Below are positions 8,727-18,000 of a stretch of DNA of 64,000 bases, piece by piece; position 1 is the first letter of the stretch; every line of letters starts with the position of its first letter. Made by a program: the position numbers and the translations under genes. Below the pieces are notes generated by a model. That model saw nothing but the letters and a program-made list of their open reading frames with translations. It was not told the origin of the DNA and made no database searches. The DNA is from Thermoleophilia bacterium (GTDB lineage Bacteria > Actinomycetota > Thermoleophilia > RBG-16-64-13). The stretch covers positions 207,048-271,047 of the forward strand of contig JAXGXJ010000005.1 of NCBI GenBank assembly GCA_040772905.1, read 5' to 3'.

Positions 8727-9465
8727 CGGAGGGGCAAGACAGCTGAAGGACCCCTTCCTCACCGGGGTGGAGATCCGCGGGGACGAGTTCCCCCAGCGCG
8801 ACCGCTTTCCCTACAACATCGCATCCCTGAGCAGTCGTCAACGGCTGCATTTCACCAGCGCGGCGGTGTTCTTCGTGGGAGAGAACGGTTCCGGCAAGTC
8901 CACGCTCCTGCACGCTCTGGCCGCCAGGTGCGGTCTCCCCACCTGGGGACAACCCAAGCGTGATCGCCTGGCCGGTGAGCTGCCGGTCACCGCGCTCTGC
9001 GACCACGTGCTGCCCGCACGCGGCGAACGGACCATCCGTGGTGGTTTCTTCAGCGCCGAAGGTTTTCGCGACTGGGCCGCCTTCTTGGACAACGTCGCGC
9101 GCTTCGATCCCGGGCAGGCCCAGTATCACGGAGGTGCTGAACTGACGGCCAAGTCGCACGGTGAGGGTCTGCTGGGCTACTTCCACGAGCGTTATCGCAT
9201 CCCGGGGCTGTACTTCTTGGACGAGCCGGAGAGTGCACTCTCGCCGGCCAGCCAGATAGGACTGGTGCGTCTGCTCGCCGAATACGCGGGCTCCGGCGAC
9301 AGGCAGTTCGTCATCGCCACCCACTCCCCTATCCTCATGGCGCTGCCGGGGAGCCAGTTGTTCCACTTCGATGCGAGCGGCATCACTCAGACGAGCTACG
9401 AAGCGACGGCGCACTTCCAGCTCTATCGAGACTTCCTGGCCGACCCCGGTTCCTTCATGTCGTGA
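8713..9465 (+). CDS. standalone ABC/AAA-type ATPase (COG3910-like)
   Basis: Walker A GENGSGKS, SHGE signature, LDEPESALSP, ATHSPIL. Confidence 0.85.
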   Translation: MSSTDGGARQLKDPFLTGVEIRGDEFPQRDRFPYNIASLSSRQRLHFTSAAVFFVGENGSGKSTLLHALAARCGLPTWGQPKRDRLAGELPVTALCDHVLPARGERTIRGGFFSAEGFRDWAAFLDNVARFDPGQAQYHGGAELTAKSHGEGLLGYFHERYRIPGLYFLDEPESALSPASQIGLVRLLAEYAGSGDRQFVIATHSPILMALPGSQLFHFDASGITQTSYEATAHFQLYRDFLADPGSFMS

Positions 9466-9561
9466 CCCGGTCCGCCCAAGGCCGGCAGGCGCCGAGTCCC
9501 GCGACCTGCGCACGAGCCCGCTCAGCCAGTCCGCCCGTCTCGTGCAGACGCGGGTACGAGG

Positions 9562-10161
9562 CTACGGGATGAGTATCTCGTCCACGCTGTAGCGCCACTT
9601 GGGCAGCGGCGTGTCGGCGGCGTAGCCCAGCGGACAGAGCAACGCCGGCATGAGGTTCTCGGGCAGAGCAAGGATGCGGCTGTACTCCTCGGGCTGGAAA
9701 TGGGTCATGAGGCAGGAGTCGAAACCCAGGTCCTTCGCCATCAGCTGGGCAAGTAACGCGGGCAGATAGGTGTTGGCGATGGCATAGCCGGCCCAGACGT
9801 CGGCGGGCATGTGGCTCATGTCCTCCGCGATAGCCGCCACGATCGTGCGGTTCTCCTCGGGGACGCCCTCCTCTTCCATCCGCGCCAACAGCCGCGAGGC
9901 CAGGCCTTTGAAGTCGCCGTCGGCACAGAAGACCAGCAGGTGCGAGCAGGACTCGATCTGGGGTTCGCCATAAGTGGCGGCAGCCAGCTCCTTCTTCATC
10001 GCGGCATTGGTCACCACCTTCACCCGCCAGGGCTGGATGTTGAGCCCCGAGGGCGCCCAGCGGATGGTCTCCAGCAACTCGCGCACCTTCTCGTCGGGGA
10101 TGTGCGTGCCATCAAAATGCTTGGTCGCGTACCGCTCGGCGATCGCCTGCCGCAACTCCAT
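9562..10161 (-). CDS. nitroreductase family protein
   Basis: RYATKHF, APSGLNIQPW, LGFDSC, LGY...PKWR. Confidence 0.88.
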   Translation of the reverse strand: MELRQAIAERYATKHFDGTHIPDEKVRELLETIRWAPSGLNIQPWRVKVVTNAAMKKELAAATYGEPQIESCSHLLVFCADGDFKGLASRLLARMEEEGVPEENRTIVAAIAEDMSHMPADVWAGYAIANTYLPALLAQLMAKDLGFDSCLMTHFQPEEYSRILALPENLMPALLCPLGYAADTPLPKWRYSVDEILIP

Positions 10162-10492
10162 GGGTCTCTCCTCGTGCACAGGGGCGTGAGCCCGCAAGAA
10201 CAGGACTTCGCTCCACTATAGCGCTGAGCGCGGGCGCCGGCAGCGTGCCGGCCGTGTGGTCCGGTCGCAGCGGGCGTCGGCAGCAGGCAGGGTGCCGGCT
10301 GCCGCGAAGCCGGGCTCGCCGGCCAGTGTGAAGCCCCCGACGGATCGGAGCCTCCCGCTGCTCCCCGGGGCGGACACTCAGGCCTCTTTACACTCCGGCT
10401 GGACTGGGATAACGTCTGCCGCGAAGTGATGGGCCGCGACAGCGGCGCAGCTCATCGCGTCACGTCGATCAGGCCAGTGAGGGAGAACGGCG

Positions 10493-10780
10493 ATGACCTA
10501 CGTCCTCTTGCAGCACAGAGTGGAGAGCTACGAGGAGTTCCGCGACATCTACGACAGCGACATGCCACACCGCCGCCGGAGGGGCTGCAAAGGCGCGCGC
10601 CTGTTCCGGGCCGTGGACGATCCCAGCCTGATGGTCATGCTCATGAAGTGGGAGGACGTCGAGAGCGCGCGCCGCTTTGCGGACGGCTACGAACTTCATG
10701 AAGCCATGAAATGGGCCAGCGTGGTCGGCGACCAGTGGCGCATCGACGTGCTGGAGGAGATCGAGGAGACCGAGAGCTAG
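10493..10780 (+). CDS. small ABM/cyclase-like ferredoxin-fold protein
   Basis: HRVESYEEF...LFRAVDDPS.....W....AR.F pattern; SD GGGAG. Confidence 0.6.
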   Translation: MTYVLLQHRVESYEEFRDIYDSDMPHRRRRGCKGARLFRAVDDPSLMVMLMKWEDVESARRFADGYELHEAMKWASVVGDQWRIDVLEEIEETES

Positions 10781-10808
10781 AACCGGGCGTCCTCGCAGGC
10801 TTCGTGCG

Positions 10809-11939
10809 TCAGAGTCTGCGCTCTCCCGGAGCCGGTCCCTGCGCGGTCGGGTCGGGAGGCACAGGAGGCGTCCCCTCTTCCACGAAGCACACCGTCTCCA
10901 GACACAGCCGCCGCCGCACCGGGAAGAGGTCCACCAGCCGGCGCGCGATGAGACCCCACACTCCAGCGCGGGCGAACACCACCACCAACGCCGCCAACGC
11001 ACCGATGAGGATGAGATACCAGGTGCCATAGTCGGCCAGCAGCTGCTGCAGGGCGAAGAAGATGATGGCTCCGACGATGGGGCCCTCGATGGTCCCCAGG
11101 CCGCCGATGACCACGGCAAAGATCATGAGCGCGCTCCACTGCAGGCTGAAGCCGGCCTCAGGTTGGATGCGCAGCAGGTTGAGATAGATGACGGCCCCGG
11201 TGACCCCGGTGCCGAAGGCGGCAATGATGTACACCCACAGCTTGGTGCGCAGGATGTTCACGCCCAGCCCTCGCGCACCCGTCTCGTCGTCACGGATGGC
11301 CGTGAGCGCCAAGCCCATGCGCGAGCGCAGCAGCAGATAGACGAGGATGATGGAGCCTACGGCCACCGCCAGAGCCAGCCAGAAGACCGACGCCTCGCGC
11401 ACTCCCCTGTCGATGCCCACAGCGGTGTTTATGCTCACCCCGGAGCCGCCGCCCAGCCACGATATCTGGGTGATGAGCAGGCGGAACACCTCGGCGATGA
11501 CCCAGGTACCCACGGCGAAGTAGCCGCCGCGCAGGCGGAACGCCAAGCCGGCGGTGGGGATGGCGATGAGGGCCGCCACGATGCCGGCGATGGGCACACA
11601 CAGGAAGGGGTGGATGCCCGCCTTCTCGGAGAACACCCACAGAGCGTAGCCGCCGATACCCACGAAGGCCTGCTGGCCCACCGAGATGAGGCCGGCGTAG
11701 CCGGCCAGGAGGTTCCACATCTGTGCCAGAGCGAGCAGAGTGAGGAAGGTCACAGCCTGTTTCATGACGCTGGACGAACCCCACGCGGGGATGGTCCCGG
11801 CAGCGATGATGATCACGGCGGCCAACGGCAGCGCGAAGCGGCTGGCGCGCGTGTAGCGCTCGACCTTCACCGGCTCGTCAGGCGACACCGTGCCTCCGAC
11901 AGGCTGAGAAGCGCGAGGATCCAGGAGCTCGGCCATCAT
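10809..11939 (-). CDS. branched-chain amino acid-type ABC permease (LivM-like)
   Basis: WNLLAGYAGLISVGQQAF, RLRGGYFA, AIRDDE..A..LG, IGGLGT. Confidence 0.9.
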   Translation of the reverse strand: MMAELLDPRASQPVGGTVSPDEPVKVERYTRASRFALPLAAVIIIAAGTIPAWGSSSVMKQAVTFLTLLALAQMWNLLAGYAGLISVGQQAFVGIGGYALWVFSEKAGIHPFLCVPIAGIVAALIAIPTAGLAFRLRGGYFAVGTWVIAEVFRLLITQISWLGGGSGVSINTAVGIDRGVREASVFWLALAVAVGSIILVYLLLRSRMGLALTAIRDDETGARGLGVNILRTKLWVYIIAAFGTGVTGAVIYLNLLRIQPEAGFSLQWSALMIFAVVIGGLGTIEGPIVGAIIFFALQQLLADYGTWYLILIGALAALVVVFARAGVWGLIARRLVDLFPVRRRLCLETVCFVEEGTPPVPPDPTAQGPAPGERRL

Positions 11940-12802
11940 CCCACCTGCTTCGCGAAGAGACCCTGCGGCCTGAAGGCCAGGATGGCCAGGAACACCAGAT
12001 GTCCCACCAGGATGCCCCAACCTTGCTGGATGTGGTCGCCCATCACCTGGGCGATGCCCAGCACGATGCCACCCACCAACGTGCCCCACAACGAGCCCAG
12101 TCCACCGATGATGACCGCCTCATAGGCGAAGATCAGACGCATGGGACCCGCCGCGGGAGTGAAGGTGGTGCGGATGCCGATGAACACTCCGCCGATGGCC
12201 ACGATGGCCAGCGCGAAGGCCATGGCCATGCCGTACAGATGACGGTTGTCGATACCCATGAGCTGCGCCGCACGCTGGTTGTCGGCGGTGGCGCGGAAGG
12301 CCCGCCCCATGCGGGTTCGGCTGAGGAACACCTGCAGCCCCAGAAGCACGATCACCGACACGATGATGGTGATGAGCGGGAACCACCCGATGACCACCTG
12401 CTCGCTGATGCGGATGAAGGCGTTCTCGATGGCGCCCGCGTCGAGACCCTTGCTGTTGGCCGTGAAGCCCTCCAGCAACAGGTTCTGGATGATCATGGCG
12501 ATGCCGAAGGTGGCGAGGATGGCCTGCATGCCTCCGGCGTCCATGGCGAAGTTGAACAGGCCGCGCTGGATGGCATATCCGAACACGGCCATGACGATCA
12601 TCACCAGGATGAGGGTGTAGAAGGGGTTGATGCCCAGGGAGCCCACGATGGCCAACGAGATGTACGCCGCCAGGATGCTGAAGTCGCCGTGAGCCAGGTT
12701 GACCAGACGCATCACCCCGAAGACCAGCGACAGGCCGGCGGCGAACAAGGCGTACAACCCGCCCAGCAACACCCCTTGGATGACGTTGTTGACCCAGATC
12801 AT
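11936..12802 (-). CDS. branched-chain amino acid-type ABC permease (LivH-like)
   Basis: GLSLVFGVMRLVNLAHG, GRAFRA, IIGGLGS. Confidence 0.92.
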   Translation of the reverse strand: MIWVNNVIQGVLLGGLYALFAAGLSLVFGVMRLVNLAHGDFSILAAYISLAIVGSLGINPFYTLILVMIVMAVFGYAIQRGLFNFAMDAGGMQAILATFGIAMIIQNLLLEGFTANSKGLDAGAIENAFIRISEQVVIGWFPLITIIVSVIVLLGLQVFLSRTRMGRAFRATADNQRAAQLMGIDNRHLYGMAMAFALAIVAIGGVFIGIRTTFTPAAGPMRLIFAYEAVIIGGLGSLWGTLVGGIVLGIAQVMGDHIQQGWGILVGHLVFLAILAFRPQGLFAKQVG

Positions 12803-12805
12803 CCC

Positions 12806-13504
12806 CTAGACTCCGAAATAGGCTTTGACGATGTCGTCGTGGCTGATCTCATGGGGATCGCCCTCCAGCACCAGGCGCCCCTCGAGCATGCAGGTGATAC
12901 GGTCAGCGAACTGCATAGCCTGGCCCACATCCTGCTCCACCAAGAGGACGGTGGTGCCCGTGTTCACGATGGCAGGCATGGCCTGGTAGATCTTCTCCAC
13001 CACGACGGGCGCCAATCCCAGCGACACTTCGTCCAGAAGAAGGAGGCGAGGATTGGCCATGAGTCCGCGGCCGATGGCGAGTGCCTGTTGCTCACCACCC
13101 GAAAGCCCCAGCGCCTGCCGGTTCTTCAGCCGCGAGAGCAGCGGGAAGAGCTCATACACCTTGTCTATGCTCCAGATGCCTTTGCGCCGTGTGTGGCCGC
13201 CCACCATGAGGTTCTCGTGCACTGTGAGGCTGGGGAACACCCAACGCCCCTCGGGCACGTACGAGATGCCCAGGTTCACGCGCTTGTGCGGCGGCAGTTG
13301 GCCTATGGGCTGCCCATCGAAACGCACCCTCTCCGGCTCCGTGCGCAGCAGCCCGCAGATAGTGCGGAGCAGCGTGGACTTGCCCGCTCCGTTGGCCCCG
13401 ATGACGGCGTGGGTCTCGCCTTCCTCCAAGCGGAGGTTCACGTCGAACAGCGCCTGGAACGAGCCGTAGCCCGTGGAGATGTCGGTGAGTTCCAGCAGGC
13501 TCAT
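12806..13504 (-). CDS. ABC ATP-binding protein (LivF-like)
   Basis: GANGAGKS, LSGGEQQ, LLDE, VEQ. Confidence 0.92.
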   Translation of the reverse strand: MSLLELTDISTGYGSFQALFDVNLRLEEGETHAVIGANGAGKSTLLRTICGLLRTEPERVRFDGQPIGQLPPHKRVNLGISYVPEGRWVFPSLTVHENLMVGGHTRRKGIWSIDKVYELFPLLSRLKNRQALGLSGGEQQALAIGRGLMANPRLLLLDEVSLGLAPVVVEKIYQAMPAIVNTGTTVLLVEQDVGQAMQFADRITCMLEGRLVLEGDPHEISHDDIVKAYFGV

Positions 13505-14226
13505 ACCATCATGCTCCCCATGTACACATCGCGCACTTCAGGGCTGTTGATGACCGTGTTGGGGTCGCCTTCGGCGATGAGCTTGCCGAAATCGATGGCG
13601 ATCAGCCGATCGACCACAGCCAGCAGCGCATGGACGATGTGCTCGATCCAGATGATGCTGATGCCTTCATCGCGCAGACGCTTGATGGTGTCAATGAGCG
13701 AGTGCACCTCGGCGTCAGTCAGACCGCCGGCGATCTCGTCCAAGAGCAGCACCTTCGGTTCAGTGGCCAGTGCGCGCGCCAACTCCAGACGCTTGCGCTC
13801 CAAGAGGCTCAGATCACCGGCCAGCGCGTTGGCACGGGGCAGAAGCGACGCCCGGTGCAGCGCCGAGGCGCACAGTTGGTAAGAGGCCTTCTCCTTGGCC
13901 TTGCGTCCGTAGGTGGCTCCCACCAGCACGTTCTCGAACACGGTCATGCCCTCGAACGGTCTGGGGATCTGATAGGTGCGGCCTATGCCGGCCACAGCCC
14001 TATGCTCGGGGCTGCGTTTGCTGATGTCATGTCCGTCGAAATGCAGCGCGCCGGAGTCGGCGTGGACGACACCGGTGAGTAGATTGAGCATGGTGGTCTT
14101 TCCGGCGCCGTTTGGACCGACGACCCCGAGCGCCTCCCCCTGGTTGAGGGAGACGCTCAGGTCGTCAATCACCACCACGCCCCCGAAGGACTTGGTGAGA
14201 TGCTCGGCGCTCAGTATGACGGTCAC
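13501..14226 (-). CDS. ABC ATP-binding protein (LivG-like)
   Basis: GPNGAGKTT, RTYQ, LLDE..GL, IEH. Confidence 0.92.
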   Translation of the reverse strand: MTVILSAEHLTKSFGGVVVIDDLSVSLNQGEALGVVGPNGAGKTTMLNLLTGVVHADSGALHFDGHDISKRSPEHRAVAGIGRTYQIPRPFEGMTVFENVLVGATYGRKAKEKASYQLCASALHRASLLPRANALAGDLSLLERKRLELARALATEPKVLLLDEIAGGLTDAEVHSLIDTIKRLRDEGISIIWIEHIVHALLAVVDRLIAIDFGKLIAEGDPNTVINSPEVRDVYMGSMMV

Positions 14227-14275
14227 CGGCTGCCTCGTCTCGATGGCTGCTCGTTTAGACCGGACCGATCAGTCG

Positions 14276-15718
14276 CTAGAGAGTCTGCAGGTCGACGATG
14301 TCGCCCGTCTTCGGGATATCCGGGTAGCTGCCGTTGAAGACCACCTTGCGCTCCCACGAGCCCGTCTTGCCTATCCACTGACCGCCCACCAGCGGAGTGG
14401 CGGCGCAGTTGGGCAGCGCCGAACCGGCGAACTTCACCGGGCCGACGATGGTCTGCAGGTCGGTCGCCGCGATGGCTTCGGCGTAGGAGGCGGGATCGTC
14501 GAGGTCCGCCGTCCGCTTGACCACGTCGGTGACCACGTCGAAGCCGGCGCCGCCGGTGAGACCCAGTGCGGGGCTGTAGGGGCTGCTCTTCGCGGACTCC
14601 CACGCGGCCACGATGTCCTCGCAGCCTAGACCGGTGAGGGCCGACTTGAACGGATGGGTGCGCTCCCACCAGGTCTCGTTGCAGAGACCGTTGCCGATGT
14701 CGCCCACGGCGTCCATGTCGGGACGGGTGAGGATGGCCCGACCGATGTTGGTGACCTTGGGCACCCAGCCCTGCTGCTTGGCCTGCTTCCAGAAGTTCGC
14801 GAAATCAGGCGGGTTGAGGAGGGCGGTGAAGCACTCGCAGCCCTCGGCCTTGAACTGGTTGATGACGCTGGAGAAGTCCTCAGTGCCGGCAGTGACGAGA
14901 CCGGGGTTGAGCCAGGTGTAGCCGGCCGTCTTGAGCGCCGAGGGGAAACCGGTGGCTTCATCAGCCGTGGCGCTGCCGTCGGGATCGTTGGCCCACAGGC
15001 AAGCGACTTTCTTGTTGGTGGGCAGGCTCTCGAACAGACCGATGTAGACCCCGTTCAGGTCGGCGATGGACCAGAACACGTTGTAGGCCCACTTGAAACC
15101 GGTGGCAGGATCGCCGCCCATGCCGAAGAACCAGGGCTCCATGGGGCATCCATAAGTGATGCAGGGCACACCGTTGGCTTCGCACTGCTGGCCCACCGGG
15201 ATGTTGACCACGGGGGTCATGCCGGCGAACACGATATCAGGCTTGTCACTGGTGATGAGCTGGCCCGCCACCTCGGCCGCCCGGTTGCTGTCGGACTGGC
15301 TGTCTTTCACCACCCAGGTGATGGGGTGCACTTTGCCGTCGGCGCCCACGAGGCCCTCGCCGATGGTGTCTTTGGCCTGCTGCAGCAGGAATTCGTCGGG
15401 CTCGCTCAGGCCTGCGTAGATGCCGGTGGTCATGGTGACCCAGCCGATCTTGACTTCGCGCCCCTTCTCACCGCCAGCGGCCACCGTGGTGGTGGCACCG
15501 CCGGCCGTGGTGGTCGCGCCACCGGCGGTGGTGGTGGCACCGCCGGCCGTGGTGGTCGCCGGTTCCTCATCTCCGCCGCACGCGGCGATCAGTCCGCCGA
15601 GGCCGGCGCCCGCGCTGACGGCGAATCCGGCGACACCGGCGATCTTGAGGAACTGGCGGCGCGAGACGGTCTTGGCTATGCCGTCACTCTCGCGGCAGTC
15701 TTCAGGTTTCTCAATCAT
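14276..15718 (-). CDS. ABC substrate-binding protein (Leu-binding superfamily), Tat lipoprotein
   Basis: SRRQFLK twin-arginine motif, IAAC lipobox, (ATTTAGG)3 linker, first gene of ABC operon. Confidence 0.88.
   Translation of the reverse strand: MIEKPEDCRESDGIAKTVSRRQFLKIAGVAGFAVSAGAGLGGLIAACGGDEEPATTTAGGATTTAGGATTTAGGATTTVAAGGEKGREVKIGWVTMTTGIYAGLSEPDEFLLQQAKDTIGEGLVGADGKVHPITWVVKDSQSDSNRAAEVAGQLITSDKPDIVFAGMTPVVNIPVGQQCEANGVPCITYGCPMEPWFFGMGGDPATGFKWAYNVFWSIADLNGVYIGLFESLPTNKKVACLWANDPDGSATADEATGFPSALKTAGYTWLNPGLVTAGTEDFSSVINQFKAEGCECFTALLNPPDFANFWKQAKQQGWVPKVTNIGRAILTRPDMDAVGDIGNGLCNETWWERTHPFKSALTGLGCEDIVAAWESAKSSPYSPALGLTGGAGFDVVTDVVKRTADLDDPASYAEAIAATDLQTIVGPVKFAGSALPNCAATPLVGGQWIGKTGSWERKVVFNGSYPDIPKTGDIVDLQTL
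15481..15560. repeat. 21-bp imperfect tandem repeat encoding (ATTTAGG)n
   Basis: Repeated GTGGTGGT(G/C)GC.CC.CCGGC. units. Confidence 0.8.
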
Positions 15719-15944
15719 CGTAGCCCCCTTCGTCTGTGGTTCCCTGCCTGACTACTGTCCCCTGTCACTGCGGCATACCCCGAGGGGCTGCGCACATTGT
15801 GCGGGATTATCACACGACTGTGGCTTGTGCACTAGTGCCGTGTCCTCATTCCGTGCGCACGAGACCGGGCAGATATGGCATTACCGAAAACGAGCCAGAC
15901 GAAACCCGCTCCGCGAGGTTCTTCGTCCACTCGCGCAAGAGAGC

Positions 15945-16211
15945 CTAGTCGCCATCCCCAGCTTCCACATCATCCTCGAAGGAGAAGCTGGCCTTCACCG
16001 GGTGCGCCTCCCCCAAGACTTCCATGACACTGCGGCCGCTCAAGATGAGCCGGAACAGCCAGTAACCCAGATCCCACCCATCGGTGGCGTCATCCAGGCC
16101 CGACCGCCCTTCGGAGTCCTTGCGCACGGCCTCTTCGGCCATGGTCCGCAGTTTCGTCCACTGCTGAGGTTTAAGGTCGGGAAACTCGAGGGTGAGGTTG
16201 AAGCGTTGCAT
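15945..16211 (-). CDS. hypothetical protein (88 aa)
   Basis: Strong SD GGAGGGG before ATG; protein-like composition; no family recognised. Confidence 0.6.
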   Translation of the reverse strand: MQRFNLTLEFPDLKPQQWTKLRTMAEEAVRKDSEGRSGLDDATDGWDLGYWLFRLILSGRSVMEVLGEAHPVKASFSFEDDVEAGDGD

Positions 16212-16359
16212 GTCCCCTCCTTCGACGTCACGTGTGGCCTGGGAGCGCGCTGCCTCAAGCTGCGCTTGTATGGACTGCCTAGATTGTGACACGAACGCCG
16301 GTTCTGGCAAAATGCTGCCACACCGGTCCGCGTACACCGCGAAACGACTTGGAGTGACT

Positions 16360-17064
16360 ATGAGCACCAGGAAGATCATCGAGATCGACCGCGACCTCTG
16401 CGACGGCTGCGGGCTGTGCACCACGGCATGTGACGAGGGAGCCCTCGAGTTGGACGACCAGGGCAAAGCTGTGCTGGTGCGAGAACTCTATTGCGACGGC
16501 ATGGGCATGTGTCTGAACGTGTGCCCCACTGGTGCGTTGACCATCGTCGAGCGCGAGGGTGAGACCTATGACCCCGAGGCCACCCGCGAGCACGTGCGCC
16601 GCACCCGGGGCGAGGCGGCCGTGGCCGCCGTGCATCCCGGAGAAGACGAAGCCGCGGTCGACGATGCTCCCGGCGCGACGGTGTCGGCACGCTCGGAGCT
16701 CACTCAGTGGCCCATCCAGCTGCACCTCATCTCTCCGCACGCCCCCTACTTCCAGGGAGCTGACCTGCTCATCGCCGCCGACTGCACGGCCTTCACGCTC
16801 GGCCGTTTTCACGGTGAGTTGCTGAAGGGGCGCAAGCTGGTGATCGCCTGTCCCAAGCTGGACGACACCGACGGCTATCTGGAGAAGCTCACCGACCTCA
16901 TACGCATGAACGACCTGCGCTCCATCACCATCGCCATCATGACCGTTCCCTGCTGCAATGGGCTGGATAGGATGGTGCACATGGCGGTGGCGCAATCCGG
17001 GGTCGACCTGCCGGTCGAGACCGTGGTCATCGGCATCGACGGCGAGATCGCCGACCGCCGCTAG
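16360..17064 (+). CDS. 4Fe-4S dicluster iron-sulfur protein
   Basis: CDGCGLC..AC, CDGMGMC..VCP, QWPIQL, AADC, CPKLD, VPCC. Confidence 0.85.
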   Translation: MSTRKIIEIDRDLCDGCGLCTTACDEGALELDDQGKAVLVRELYCDGMGMCLNVCPTGALTIVEREGETYDPEATREHVRRTRGEAAVAAVHPGEDEAAVDDAPGATVSARSELTQWPIQLHLISPHAPYFQGADLLIAADCTAFTLGRFHGELLKGRKLVIACPKLDDTDGYLEKLTDLIRMNDLRSITIAIMTVPCCNGLDRMVHMAVAQSGVDLPVETVVIGIDGEIADRR

Positions 17065-17102
17065 GCCGGTCGGCTCGACCGCCTCGAAGGACGGACGACC
17101 TC

Positions 17103-17990
17103 ATGAGCATAGGAGACACGAAGGACTTCCCCGTCGCCTTGGGCGACATGCCGGTGGCCGAGTGGGCCGCCGCGATCGTGGTAAGACGCTCCACCCGCAC
17201 CTACGACGGCCGTGCGGCCGAGCCGGCGCTTCTGGACGGACTCGAGACCTTGGCCGCGTCCCTGCCCGGACAGGACACCGCTCGGGTAGCCATCGTGCGC
17301 GACCTGCCGAAGGATGTGTTCACCGGGGCCATCGGCAGCTACGGCAAAGTGGTCGGGGCCCGCTCCGGCCTCCTGGTGATCGGTCGCGAAGACGCGCCCG
17401 CCGTGCAGGAATCGGCGGGATACGTGGGTGAGGCTCTCATACTGGAAGCGACTGCCAAGGGTCTCGACTCCTGCTGGGTAGGCGGGTTCTTCGACAGGAA
17501 GGTGAGCGAGCGCTTGGTGGCGTTGGCCCCGCACGAACGCGTACTGGCCGTGTCTCCCCTGGGACACGCCGAGGCAAGGACCCGCGCCACCGAGAAGATG
17601 CTCAAGCGCATCGTGGGCGCCCACAAACGCCGGCCGCCCGAGGAGATCGCGGTCGGCTATGACGAAGAGGCCTGGCCGGCCTGGGCGGCCGAAGGCGTGC
17701 GGCTGGCCCGCTCGGCCCCCTCGGCCGTCAACAGGCAGCCCTGGCAGTTCCGCCTGGAGGACGACAGCACCCCCACCGGGTCATATGCCGGGCCCACGGG
17801 CGCCGTCACCCTCGCGGCCACGGGCAAGGGGCACGACGGCACGGTGTCGCGCCGCTTGGATTGCGGCATCGCCATGCTCCATTTCGAGGTGGGCGCGCGT
17901 CTGATGGGCGCCACCGGACACTGGGAGACCCTGGACCCGCCCGACGTGGCCCGCTATCGCATGGCGGCGACAGCCGACGCCCGCGTTTAG
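17103..17990 (+). CDS. nitroreductase family protein (two-domain)
   Basis: RRSTRTY, GLDSCWV, APSAVNRQPW, DCGIAMLHF. Confidence 0.85.
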   Translation: MSIGDTKDFPVALGDMPVAEWAAAIVVRRSTRTYDGRAAEPALLDGLETLAASLPGQDTARVAIVRDLPKDVFTGAIGSYGKVVGARSGLLVIGREDAPAVQESAGYVGEALILEATAKGLDSCWVGGFFDRKVSERLVALAPHERVLAVSPLGHAEARTRATEKMLKRIVGAHKRRPPEEIAVGYDEEAWPAWAAEGVRLARSAPSAVNRQPWQFRLEDDSTPTGSYAGPTGAVTLAATGKGHDGTVSRRLDCGIAMLHFEVGARLMGATGHWETLDPPDVARYRMAATADARV

Positions 17991-18000
17991 ACCCGCCGCC

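Noticed and set aside
10210-10480. ncRNA or riboswitch in GC-rich intergenic region
   Set aside because: No SRP, 6S, tmRNA or riboswitch consensus recognised; an Rfam scan would be needed
15798-15817. Rex or CRP box upstream of the ABC operon
   Set aside because: TTGTG...TCACA spacing fits neither consensus
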